NCBI GenBank assembly: GCA_038871515.1
Contig: JAVZHX010000001.1
Span: 397,638 to 461,637, forward strand
DNA: 64,000 nucleotides
Origin: Candidatus Micrarchaeia archaeon
GTDB lineage: Archaea > Micrarchaeota > Micrarchaeia > Burarchaeales > Fermentimicrarchaeaceae
Reading direction: 5' to 3'
This document shows positions 37,906 through 47,003 of this stretch, in pieces (the stretch's first letter is position 1; each line of letters starts with the position of its first letter). The notes beneath the pieces were generated by a model. That model was not told the origin of the DNA and did not search any database. It saw nothing but the letters and a program-made list of their open reading frames with translations. Position numbers and translations under genes: made by a program.

Positions 37906-38809
37906 GCGCAACACCAACCAGCTCCGTCACATTTCTATAGCCATTCTCCTCCATCCAAACTTCCATCTCCTCACAAACTTTTCTGAAAATTTCAATTCCT
38001 CTGTAATAAACACCACTTGCAATTCCAACTGCAGTTGCGCCTGCCTGCATCATCTCAATCGCATCCCTTCCCTCCACAACACCACCCATCCCAAGAATTG
38101 GTATTTCAACTGCCTCATAAATGTCATAAACACATCTTACCGCAATCGGCCTTATTGCAGGACCGGAAATGCCTCCCCTCCCATAACTTAGCACTGGCTT
38201 TCTTACCTCAACGTTAATCACCATCCCAGGGCCAACTGTGTTTATTGCAGATATTGCATCCGCGCCTGCTTCCTCGCATGCCTTTGCAACAGCGCCAATA
38301 TTCAGCGCTTGTGGAGTGAGCTTTGGCATTACAGGAACTCTACCTGCAACATCCTTCACTGCAGAAACAACTTCATAAGCAAGCTTCTCGCTGCAACCAA
38401 AAACCATCCCCTCTGCTTTTGTGTTTGGGCAGGAAACATTCAGCTCAATTGCAGCTGGCTTGTGCTTTGCAACCGCCTCCCCAACCTCTCTGAACTCCTC
38501 AACAGACGCCCCATATATGCTCACAAAAACAGGTGCTTTCACCTCTTTTATTCTTGCAAGCTCCCCCTCCATTTCCTTATAACCAGGTGAGGGTAAGCCA
38601 ACTGCGTTTATCATCCCCCACTCATAAGCAAGCACAGTTGGGTTTCTGTGCCCGCTTCTCTCCCTTGGGCCGATTGACTTAAATGTAACCGCGCCTGCCC
38701 CTTCCTCAACAACTCTTTTCAGCATCTCAACGTTTACTCCCAGAATCCCAGATGAAAGCACAGTTGGGTTCCTCATCCTCGCTCCACAAAACGAGACAGA
38801 CAAATCCAT
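37898..38809 (-). CDS. pyrD: dihydroorotate dehydrogenase catalytic subunit (class 1B)
   Basis: Contains NPTVLSSG, NAVGLPSPG, ELNVSCPN and GGISGPAIRPIA. Start taken at ATG 38809. Confidence 0.9.
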   Translation of the reverse strand: MDLSVSFCGARMRNPTVLSSGILGVNVEMLKRVVEEGAGAVTFKSIGPRERSGHRNPTVLAYEWGMINAVGLPSPGYKEMEGELARIKEVKAPVFVSIYGASVEEFREVGEAVAKHKPAAIELNVSCPNTKAEGMVFGCSEKLAYEVVSAVKDVAGRVPVMPKLTPQALNIGAVAKACEEAGADAISAINTVGPGMVINVEVRKPVLSYGRGGISGPAIRPIAVRCVYDIYEAVEIPILGMGGVVEGRDAIEMMQAGATAVGIASGVYYRGIEIFRKVCEEMEVWMEENGYRNVTELVGVAHE

Positions 38810-38906
38810 CAGTTCACCCTTTAAATTATCAAAAGCAGAAAATAAAAGCCTATTGCAACCCCGTTGATAACCTAGAAGTCTGCTCCGCACCGAAATAGAT
38901 ATAAAT

Positions 38907-38927
38907 AAGATAATTCTTACTTATCTT
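38907..38927. promoter_or_regulatory. inverted repeat AAGATAA-N7-TTATCTT between a TATA-like box and the antitoxin start
   Basis: Read directly. Lies 11 nt upstream of ATG 38938, in the usual position for a TA autoregulatory operator. Confidence 0.4.
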
Positions 38928-38937
38928 ACGTGATTCT

Positions 38938-39210
38938 ATGAACATAGAAATAGTAAAATTATCATCAAAAGGACAGCTGGTTTTACCACTTGCAATAAGA
39001 AAGCACTTCAGAGTTGGCAAGGGAGAAAGGCTGATGATAGTGGAGGAAGGAGGGACAATACTTCTCAAGCCCCTCAAGCAGATGAAACGCGATATTGAAG
39101 AAGAAATTTACCTGCTATCAAGAGCGGCTAAAGGGTGGGCGCAGGTTGAAAAAGGAAAAGCAAAAACAATGCTCAAAGATGAATTCCTGAGAGAGCTGTC
39201 AGCATGGTAA
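38938..39210 (+). CDS. AbrB/SpoVT-family antitoxin
   Basis: MNIEIVKLSSKGQLVLPLAIRKHFRV is the AbrB/MazE swapped-hairpin signature. Overlaps the toxin gene by 7 nt. Confidence 0.8.
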   Translation: MNIEIVKLSSKGQLVLPLAIRKHFRVGKGERLMIVEEGGTILLKPLKQMKRDIEEEIYLLSRAAKGWAQVEKGKAKTMLKDEFLRELSAW

Positions 39211-39455
39211 AGAATATTGTCTTTACAAATAATTTTGAACGCTCAATACGCAAGCTTAAGGATGCAGCACTGAGGGAGCGCATCAAAAAGAAGATTGCTG
39301 AGATTGTTGAGCGACCAGAAACTGGCAAACCACTTAGATTTCAGAGGAAAGGCGAAAGGTCCGTAAAGATTTCTCCATTCAGAATCATCTATGCTCTACA
39401 AGGTGATACGATATACTTCCTGGATTTTGATAAGAGAAACAAAGTCTATCGCTAA
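39204..39455 (+). CDS. RelE/ParE-family toxin
   Basis: 83 aa with F.RSIRKLKD...I..I.E.P..GKPL....G.RSVKISPFRIIY.....IYFLDF..R..VY. Confidence 0.75.
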   Translation: MVKNIVFTNNFERSIRKLKDAALRERIKKKIAEIVERPETGKPLRFQRKGERSVKISPFRIIYALQGDTIYFLDFDKRNKVYR

Positions 39456-39587
39456 TTCTGAATAAAAGAGAAGATATTTTTCTCAAAACTTTTCTAATAC
39501 CAATAGAAAACTTTATAGATAAACTACTAATACCGGGCTATGCTCTCCTCTCAGCTAAACACCGTTTTCTTTGATTATTAATTTTAA

Positions 39588-39630
39588 CTCACGTATGAGC
39601 GAAAAATTTAAAAATATGGCTCACGTATGA
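39588..39630. promoter_or_regulatory. direct repeat CTCACGTATGA (39588-39598 and 39620-39630) flanking an A/T box AAATTTAAAAATA
   Basis: Read directly. Sits immediately upstream of ATG 39637. Confidence 0.4.
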
Positions 39631-39636
39631 ACTACT

Positions 39637-40947
39637 ATGAAGGAAGACGAGATAGCGGAAATTTTACTTGACTGGAATTTTTGGGAAAAGGAGCAACCAG
39701 CAGGAATACCCAGGCCCCTCTATCAAGATACGATAAAGAATTTCCTCAAAACAAACCAGATTATTGTAATCATAGGTGTAAGAAGAAGCGGCAAATCCAC
39801 AATAATGATGCAGACAGCAAAAACGTTAATTGACTCCGGTACTGACCCTCATGACATATTACTGGTCAACTTTGAAGATTACAGATTTTACGAGTTTTCA
39901 CTAAAACTTTTGCAACAAATTTATGATTTCTATCTTGAGAAGATAGCAAAAGGGAAGGATAGATACATTTTTCTCGATGAGGTTCACAACATCAAAGGGT
40001 GGGAGAGGTTTGTTAGGACTCTAGTAGACAAGAAGGAGGCAAAGATAATTGTTTCAGGCTCCAGCTCAAAATTAATGGGCAGGGAGCTCGCCACCCTACT
40101 CACCGGCAGACACATAAACTTGCTCGTCTTCCCACTAACCTTCAAAGAATTCCTGCTCTTTAAAAATCTAAAATTAGACAAAGAGACAGAACGTATAAGC
40201 AGAAGGAGAGAGATAAAAAAACTGCTTGCTGAATTCCTTGGATATGGTTCATTTCCAGAGGTTGTTTTGGCAGATAAGAAAGTAAGATATAAAATGCTCG
40301 TTGATTACATTGAAAGTATAATAAACAAAGACATTGTGACGAGATATAGAATAAAGGAAACGCAAAAGCTCAGAGCATTAGTCAAATTCTATATGACAAA
40401 TATAGCATCGCCAGTAAGCTTCAACAAAATAAAAAACTGGCTATCTCTTCCTTTGAGAACTGTGGAGAGGTTCTCCTACTATCTGGAAGAAGCCTATTTG
40501 GTATATTTCCTGAGAAGATTTTCCTTCAAGGTTAAGAAACAGGAAAAATCAGCGCGGAAGATATATGTTATAGACCAGGGTTTGTCAAACGCATACGGGC
40601 TCAAATTCAGTGCGAATGTTGGCAGAGTAATGGAAAATGTCGTTCTGCTGGAACTGCTTAAGAATGGCGCACAGGTTTATTACTGGAAAAGCCAAACAGG
40701 AAAAGAGGTGGACTTTGTCATTGAAGAAAACTTGAAAGCTAAACAACTCATTCAGATATGCTATGACGTGAGCGATTATAACGTAAAAATTAGAGAGGCG
40801 AGTGCTTTAATAAAAGCTTCTGAGGAGCTGAAATGCAGAAATCTTGTTGTGATCACTTGGGATTATGAATCCGAGGAAAAAATCCAAGGAGTTAAAATAA
40901 AATTTGTTCCTCTCTGGAAATGGCTTCTGGATGTCAAATCAGACTGA
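39637..40947 (+). CDS. COG1373-type ATPase (AAA domain plus DUF4143-like C-terminal domain), copy 1
   Basis: Walker A GVRRSGKST and Walker B IFLDEVHNI. The C-terminal EVDFVI...ITWDYE resembles the nuclease-like DUF4143 end. Confidence 0.75.
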   Translation: MKEDEIAEILLDWNFWEKEQPAGIPRPLYQDTIKNFLKTNQIIVIIGVRRSGKSTIMMQTAKTLIDSGTDPHDILLVNFEDYRFYEFSLKLLQQIYDFYLEKIAKGKDRYIFLDEVHNIKGWERFVRTLVDKKEAKIIVSGSSSKLMGRELATLLTGRHINLLVFPLTFKEFLLFKNLKLDKETERISRRREIKKLLAEFLGYGSFPEVVLADKKVRYKMLVDYIESIINKDIVTRYRIKETQKLRALVKFYMTNIASPVSFNKIKNWLSLPLRTVERFSYYLEEAYLVYFLRRFSFKVKKQEKSARKIYVIDQGLSNAYGLKFSANVGRVMENVVLLELLKNGAQVYYWKSQTGKEVDFVIEENLKAKQLIQICYDVSDYNVKIREASALIKASEELKCRNLVVITWDYESEEKIQGVKIKFVPLWKWLLDVKSD

Positions 40948-40974
40948 TGTTTTTAATTTTAACTCATATATAAA

Positions 40975-41791
40975 CTACTTTTTTGAAATCACCACATACG
41001 CATAATTCCCCTCAATCACCCTATAAACTCTAAGACCTGCTTTCTTAAAAATATCCTCAATTTCACTCTTTCTCCATCTATGAGAGCTGAAAACTTTCTT
41101 CTTATTGGCATACACCGCAATATCATGCGTTTTTTCATCATACGTTATTATCGGTGGGACTCCAAATATCTCAACAACAGGATTCCATATCCAACTTTGA
41201 AAACTATAATCTATAAGCTCAAGATACTTCGCAATATCACAGCCACGTGGCCTAAGATGAGGTGGTATCCTTTTGATAGCCGCACCATCTATTCTCATAT
41301 CCTCCGGTAACTTATAAAGCATCACAACAAACCTATCCTTCTTACTCATAACTTTTCTAACACTCCTTAAAACCCTAACCCTCTCTTTGATTGGAAAGTT
41401 ACCTAGGGTATTAACCAAACAAACAAAGATTTTTGGTATACCCCATCTCCTAACCAACATTTTAGTTTTACTCAAACTTCTAAAATCCTCTTGGATTAGT
41501 ATCACTCGTTTTGAGCATTTCTTTGCAATCCTTCCACAGAACTCCAACATTGGCTTTGAAAAATCTACCCCAACAATAAATGCGACATCCTTAATTCCCC
41601 CAAGCCATTCCAACGCCCTCCCAGGCCCAATTCCCAATTCAACAATAATTTTTTTTATTTTCAGGACGATATCCTTTGATAAATTTCACCAAATATTTCT
41701 CATCAACAATATCCAGTTTCTTCTGATATGCTTCATAAAATGCCTTCGGAGCTTTGCTGGACTTATATAAATCCACCCATTCGTACTCCAC
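40975..41791 (-). pseudogene. class I SAM-dependent methyltransferase, reading frame broken at an A8 run (about 41649-41656), paralog of 48047-48865
   Basis: The GTG at 41791 gives VEYEWVDLYKSSKAPKAFYEAYQKKLDIVDEKYLVKFIKGYRPENKKNYC*. Frame +1 continues IIVELGIGPGRALEW..., collinear with the intact paralog. Confidence 0.7.
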
Positions 41792-41806
41792 AAAACCACT
41801 TCCAAC

Positions 41807-42364
41807 TTACTTCTCAGAAGGTATGCTAACTGGGTCGAATATCCACTTACCCTTCAGCTCAAACGGCCTCATACTCCAAACTTTCTCCACCCACCCCTGC
41901 TTAATCAACTCCTCCCCAAACCGTTGGTATTCATCCAAATCCTGTGTGGTGACAACCAGAAGCAAATCCCATTCAGTTCCCTGGAGGGAGTAGGCCTGTC
42001 TCACTATGTTCACACCAAGTTTCTTCTGGGTTTCTATTATTCTCTCAATTATTTCAGTCCACCCACGTGGATACTCTATCTCAACCCCGACAACAGGAGG
42101 TGATAAATTAGCTTTTATGAAAACAATGAGATACTCATCCCACAGCCTGACTGGGTCGATAATTGCAGAATTTGTTTTTATTATAATCCTACGCCTTTTA
42201 AGAGAAACAATTCTCCTCCGTAATTCATTCAAGCTAATGCCAACTTTTTTACTCAGTTCCATCAACTCAGTCTTGCTAACTTCCCTCTCTTTCACAAGAA
42301 GATTCATTATCCTAAGATCTATTGCATCAATTTTCTCTTTGCTAATCTTTTTATATAACTTCAT
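41807..42364 (-). CDS. Lrp/AsnC-like regulator (HTH plus RAM-like domain with C-terminal extension), cassette copy A
   Basis: IDAIDLRIMNLLVKEREVSKTELMELSKKVGISLNELRRRIVSLKRRRII is an HTH_AsnC pattern. About two-thirds identical by eye to 48870-49469. Confidence 0.7.
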   Translation of the reverse strand: MKLYKKISKEKIDAIDLRIMNLLVKEREVSKTELMELSKKVGISLNELRRRIVSLKRRRIIIKTNSAIIDPVRLWDEYLIVFIKANLSPPVVGVEIEYPRGWTEIIERIIETQKKLGVNIVRQAYSLQGTEWDLLLVVTTQDLDEYQRFGEELIKQGWVEKVWSMRPFELKGKWIFDPVSIPSEK

Positions 42365-42461
42365 AATTCCACAATATTATACTGGGTATTATAAATAAAC
42401 TTTACTTAACATTCGCTACGGGAAACGGAAGAATCCACACCGCATATGTAATGTCAGAACT

Positions 42462-42513
42462 GAGGATTTCTGCTACCTAATCTCATATGGTCTTACTTCC
42501 TCAAAGCTCACAA
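42462..42513. repeat. about 50-nt remnant of the 3' end and flank of the nuclease-like gene
   Basis: 42483-42513 is identical to 47024-47054. The preceding 20 nt match with a few mismatches. Confidence 0.75.
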
Positions 42514-42550
42514 TAATATAATAAAATTCCCCTACTCACAGAAATTTATT

Positions 42551-42985
42551 CTACAGTGGCCTCACCACAACTTTCCGATTATCCAAATTTTTTAACTCTC
42601 CTTCCAACCATTGCTTACCCACTTCTGTCTCTAAGACTTTCTTCACTTCTGACTCAATTTTCTTTCCGTCATAATTCGCATATTCCTTAACCCCCTGAAA
42701 TTTACCTATCTTTATTAGCTCGCCCGTTTTATCAAACTCTGCGCTTAACTTCATCAATACATCTTCTCTTAACCCCCACAATTTACCCTCTCTTCCAACT
42801 ACCTTCATATCAAGTTTCACTCTTTCGTTTAATTTTACCGATACTTGCACTTCCTTCTGGTTGCCATGCTCGTCAATCTCTCTTCCCACAAGAATGCGCT
42901 CTCCTTCAACTAGCCAATGAGGCTGTATGCTGAGACGTACCCCATCTATCACCATCTCTTCACGAATTTTAACCCCACTACCCAA
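42551..42985 (-). CDS. hypothetical protein, cassette copy A (distant paralog of 49630-50085)
   Basis: 144 aa. Shares the C-terminal GKQWL.(G/E)EL.NL..R..V..PL with the 151-aa paralog. Confidence 0.55.
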   Translation of the reverse strand: MGSGVKIREEMVIDGVRLSIQPHWLVEGERILVGREIDEHGNQKEVQVSVKLNERVKLDMKVVGREGKLWGLREDVLMKLSAEFDKTGELIKIGKFQGVKEYANYDGKKIESEVKKVLETEVGKQWLEGELKNLDNRKVVVRPL

Positions 42986-43017
42986 ATCATCACCTTTGGT
43001 TATCTATTGAATTGAAA

Positions 43018-43557
43018 TTAAAGCTGGTAAGGTCTTACTTCCTCAAAGCTCACAACAAAGCTCTTAGGATACCTCTGCACTGACTGCTTCACCTCTTCCC
43101 TCAACTTCCTTAAGGATGCAACAAACAGAACCAGCTCCCTTCCCCTTTTCCTCTTCTCAGCTTCCCTTGCCCTCTCCATCAGTGATTCAATTTCCTTCTC
43201 TGTAACCTCCTCCCCCCACTTCACCTCCCCAACAACAAGGTACTTTGAATTCACTCCCACCGCATCAAAGCAGGCATTTCCCCAAATATTTTTAGCCTCT
43301 CCAAGGGGAGGGACTGCAAACCCTGCATGCACCAGCGCATCCCTCACCCTGTCCTTTGCAAACTTCTGCATTTTCTCCACTTCAATAATCTTTCCACTTT
43401 CCATCAGAACTTCCTGGTAGTTGCCTGTGTACTCCAATGCGCACAGAACCTTTCTTCTGAGGAGAGAAACAGGATCCTCCACCTCCTCGACTACCGCTTG
43501 CCTAACCGGCTCCTCCCTTTTAATCACCTTGCCCAGCATGGCAAGGAGACCCACCAT
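43018..43557 (-). CDS. putative PD-(D/E)xK nuclease-fold protein, copy 1
   Basis: 179 aa. CFDAVGV-x8-LVVGEVKW gives a D...ExK arrangement. Nucleotide-identical to copy 2 over 525 bp. Confidence 0.5.
   Translation of the reverse strand: MVGLLAMLGKVIKREEPVRQAVVEEVEDPVSLLRRKVLCALEYTGNYQEVLMESGKIIEVEKMQKFAKDRVRDALVHAGFAVPPLGEAKNIWGNACFDAVGVNSKYLVVGEVKWGEEVTEKEIESLMERAREAEKRKRGRELVLFVASLRKLREEVKQSVQRYPKSFVVSFEEVRPYQL
43031..43555. repeat. 525-bp perfect direct repeat, copy 1
   Basis: Line-by-line comparison with 47030-47554 (offset 3999) shows no mismatch. Confidence 0.9.
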
Positions 43558-43974
43558 ACCACCTCCGAGAGTTAGTACACTACCCCTTTAAGTTTAGATG
43601 ATCCTCCTTTAAACCACTTCCTTTTTCTATAATTTTTTAAAAAATGTAGACTAATTAACTAATTTTAATCAATCCTAATACATTTTTCTAAATAAAAATT
43701 GCATATTATATGAACAAAATAACTTTAAGGAAGATAGAAACGCTTCTCGCAATTCATATGTTGTAGTCATATTTTCTATAATCTCTCTAAATTAATGATA
43801 TTAAACATTATTTTTAAACAAAATTTAGATATAACTTATACTTATTGCACAACTAGACGAATCTTTCCACCCAACTGCTCAAATTCCATTTTTTACAAAA
43901 CATAAATAAAACATCAACAAAAATACAATGTACTAAAAGAAAAATATTTATATTTTAAGCGCTATATCAAATTT

Positions 43975-45663
43975 ATGGTCGAATTTGATGTGCTTTCTAA
44001 TCTTGTTTTTAGGGAATTATGTATGAACAGCAGAGTGACAATAACCGACATAGCACACAAACTTAACTGCTCCAGAAACGCAGTAAAACGAAGAATAGAC
44101 TTCCTTGGTAATGAGCTGAAGATCAAATATGTAACTGAGTTGGACGAGAGAGAACTTGGGTTTGCATATAACTATATAATCCGGGCTAAACTCAAAAAAC
44201 CCATCGACAAAAACACTCTGCTAAACTATCTCAAACACGATCCAGTTCCACAATTTGCTGCTTTTACAAAAGGGGATTTTGACCTTATAATATACGCAAC
44301 TGCAAAAACACATAACGAGTATTGCGAATGGGAGTATTGGATGCGTTACCTACTGAGAGACCACCTTGAAAATTGGAACAACGCTCACTTCTTAGCTTCC
44401 AGATACGGTTTCTTTCCTCTTCATGAAAATGCTCTAGAAACAATATCCCTACCAACTCCGAGAAAAGAGATATTGCTGTTGTTAAACCGTAACTCACGCA
44501 TTTCGCTAAAAGATTTGGCGAAAAGCACTAAACTAAGTCACCCAACAGCAAGATATCATGTCACCAAGCTAGAGGAGTCAAGAGTTGTAAGGAGATTCAC
44601 CGCAATTGCGAAGAAACCTCCCAAATCTGTCCATTTTTTCGTATTTTGGACATATCGTTTTAATGAGGGGTTTGAAGAGAGGGCGATAAAAGTCAGAAAA
44701 ATCATAAGAGACGAACCAGAGCAGATCACAATGAATAAATGCTCCTTCATAGCGAGCCTAAGTGGCACGGCTGACGAAGTTGCACTTCTCTCCTACGATG
44801 ATATTGAAAGAGGTTATGAAGAGATAAAACTCATCGACAAGATATTCGCACCGGATGAAGTAAAAACAGAGAGCGGAATAATAACACAGGTAATCTATGG
44901 CGAGCTTCCATTCAGAAACACAGATATAAGCAAGCTGTATGATGTTTCATGGCCGATATATAAGCGGGTGGGAAGCACTAAAAAAGAGACTGCAAAAGAA
45001 AAACTCAATGCGCTTGATTATTTAAACGAATTCAATGAGAGATGGGGCAACATAGTCCTACCACAAATTGACTCTTTTCTAAAAAGCAGAAAACCTTACC
45101 TTGATGTTACTCAGTATTTCAAAAACACAAAATCCCGAATTTTTGAGACAAATATAAAGAATGGCAAACACGTATATGCGCTATGTTTCGACGGTGCGAA
45201 AGGAATGGTTGATAAATTTGAGATAACTGAGAAAGGTGGGATACAGAGAGATTCAAATAACAAGTTAATTGTGAAGGTTAATGCCTCTATGGTAGTTATG
45301 GGGTTGCTTGACTTGTTCGTCCCATTCCTCACAACTGATGAAATCCTACCCTTTAACAGAACTCTTGAAAGACCGTATGGGTTGGACCCGAAGAGAGTTA
45401 GAAAAACTGTAACGAAACTTGGCAAAGACCCACGGAAAGATTTGATTTGCTTCTTCATCCAAGACCCCCAAGAAATAGACGAGAAAATCAAACTGTTCCT
45501 GGTGGAGTTCAGGAGGTTGGTTAGTGGCGAGTATTTCAAAAGAGAAAAGGTATCAACCTTCACAAAACCGCCCCACTACAACATAGGTAATGAGGAACTA
45601 TCAAAACTTGTCAAAGAGCTCGTTGAGCAGTACTGCGAACCCACAGCTGGTGTGAAGAGGTGA
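43975..45663 (+). CDS. large protein with two tandem Lrp/AsnC-like units and an unknown C-terminal region of about 230 aa
   Basis: HTH 1 is RELCMNSRVTITDIAHKLNCSRNAVKRRIDFL. HTH 2 is LLLLNRNSRISLKDLAKSTKLSHPTARYHVTKLEESRVV. Each is followed by a RAM-like segment. Confidence 0.6.
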   Translation: MVEFDVLSNLVFRELCMNSRVTITDIAHKLNCSRNAVKRRIDFLGNELKIKYVTELDERELGFAYNYIIRAKLKKPIDKNTLLNYLKHDPVPQFAAFTKGDFDLIIYATAKTHNEYCEWEYWMRYLLRDHLENWNNAHFLASRYGFFPLHENALETISLPTPRKEILLLLNRNSRISLKDLAKSTKLSHPTARYHVTKLEESRVVRRFTAIAKKPPKSVHFFVFWTYRFNEGFEERAIKVRKIIRDEPEQITMNKCSFIASLSGTADEVALLSYDDIERGYEEIKLIDKIFAPDEVKTESGIITQVIYGELPFRNTDISKLYDVSWPIYKRVGSTKKETAKEKLNALDYLNEFNERWGNIVLPQIDSFLKSRKPYLDVTQYFKNTKSRIFETNIKNGKHVYALCFDGAKGMVDKFEITEKGGIQRDSNNKLIVKVNASMVVMGLLDLFVPFLTTDEILPFNRTLERPYGLDPKRVRKTVTKLGKDPRKDLICFFIQDPQEIDEKIKLFLVEFRRLVSGEYFKREKVSTFTKPPHYNIGNEELSKLVKELVEQYCEPTAGVKR

Positions 45664-45722
45664 ACTAAAACTATCTAATGTTAATAGAAAAGTTTATAAA
45701 TAAACTATTCTAATACTAAACT

Positions 45723-46991
45723 ATGTTATTCCACCCGATACTAAAGGAACAGAGGGAGGAGCTTGAGCAAATAGAAAGGGAAGAGAACATCATTGAACGG
45801 GATAAGCATAACGAGGCAAAAAACCTTTTGGAACACCCAAACATTCTTGCAGTTCTTGGAATTCGAAGGTGTGGCAAATCGGTTTTTTCGTATCTGCTTG
45901 CCAAAGACAGCATGGGTTATGTAAACTTTGATGATGAGAGGCTTGCCGGCTTGAAAGGACAGGAGCTTAACAACATCCTCCAATCAATCTACGAGCTTTA
46001 TGGCGATGTGAAATACCTAGTCCTTGACGAGGTTCAGAATGTTGATAACTGGGAGCTCTTTGCTAACCGACTGAGGAGAACCAAGAGGGTTATTCTCACC
46101 GGAAGCAACTCCAAACTACTTTCAGGTGAACTTGCAACACACCTCACTGGAAGATATGTGAGCATCAACCTATTCCCCTTCTCCTTCCAAGAATTTTTAA
46201 GATTTAAACGACACAAGTTGGAGGGGTTTCATACCACAAAGGAAAAAGCAATGCTCCTCACTCTTTTAAGGGAGTATTTGGAAACAGGAGGTCTCCCGGA
46301 AGCATACAAATTTGGCAAATCCATAATCGCGCGCATATATGACGACATAATCACAAAAGATCTTCTCCTGAGGTACAAAATAAAGAGAACCGCTGACCTC
46401 AGGCAGCTTGCAAGATATCTGGTAACAAACTCCGCGGAGGAGTTCACATACGGCAAACTCGCAAAAATTTTTGGGATAAAGCACATTTCAACGGTTTCCA
46501 ATTGGGTTTCATACCTTGAGAATTCCTTCCTTTTATTCAAAATTGACAGGTTTGACTTCAAGCTCAAAAAACAATTCCTCGCCCCCAAGAAAATTTACTG
46601 CGTTGATACTGGAATTATTAATACAGTTGGCTTCAAGTTTTCAGAGGATACGGGAAGGATAATTGAGAATGCAGTTGCTGTGGAACTACAGAGGAGAATA
46701 ACCTCTGCTGAGAGGAAGGAAATTTACTACTGGAAGGATCACCTGCAAAACGAAGTTGATTTTGTGGTGAAGGAGGGAAAAAGGATTACCCAGCTGATTC
46801 AGGTTGCATACGCAACTAAGAGAAATGAAATTAGGAGGAAGGAGCTCACAGCATTGGTGAAGGCAGGCAGAGAGTTAAGGTGCAGAAACCTCCTCGTGAT
46901 TACATGGGACTGCGAGCTTGAGGAGAGAGTTGGCGGATTCAGAGTAAGATTTGTTCCTCTCTGGAAATGGCTTCTTGGAGAGCCCAGATAA
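45723..46991 (+). CDS. COG1373-type ATPase (AAA plus DUF4143-like), copy 2
   Basis: Walker A GIRRCGKS, Walker B LVLDEVQNV, C-terminal EVDFVV...ITWDCE...FVPLWKWLL as in copy 1. Confidence 0.75.
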   Translation: MLFHPILKEQREELEQIEREENIIERDKHNEAKNLLEHPNILAVLGIRRCGKSVFSYLLAKDSMGYVNFDDERLAGLKGQELNNILQSIYELYGDVKYLVLDEVQNVDNWELFANRLRRTKRVILTGSNSKLLSGELATHLTGRYVSINLFPFSFQEFLRFKRHKLEGFHTTKEKAMLLTLLREYLETGGLPEAYKFGKSIIARIYDDIITKDLLLRYKIKRTADLRQLARYLVTNSAEEFTYGKLAKIFGIKHISTVSNWVSYLENSFLLFKIDRFDFKLKKQFLAPKKIYCVDTGIINTVGFKFSEDTGRIIENAVAVELQRRITSAERKEIYYWKDHLQNEVDFVVKEGKRITQLIQVAYATKRNEIRRKELTALVKAGRELRCRNLLVITWDCELEERVGGFRVRFVPLWKWLLGEPR

Positions 46992-47003
46992 TGGTTACCC
47001 CTG

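Noticed and set aside
37511-38191. 226-aa plus-strand ORF across the pyrK/pyrD junction
   Set aside because: It is antisense to two highly conserved pyrimidine genes and has a Ser/Thr/Pro/Asn-rich composition.
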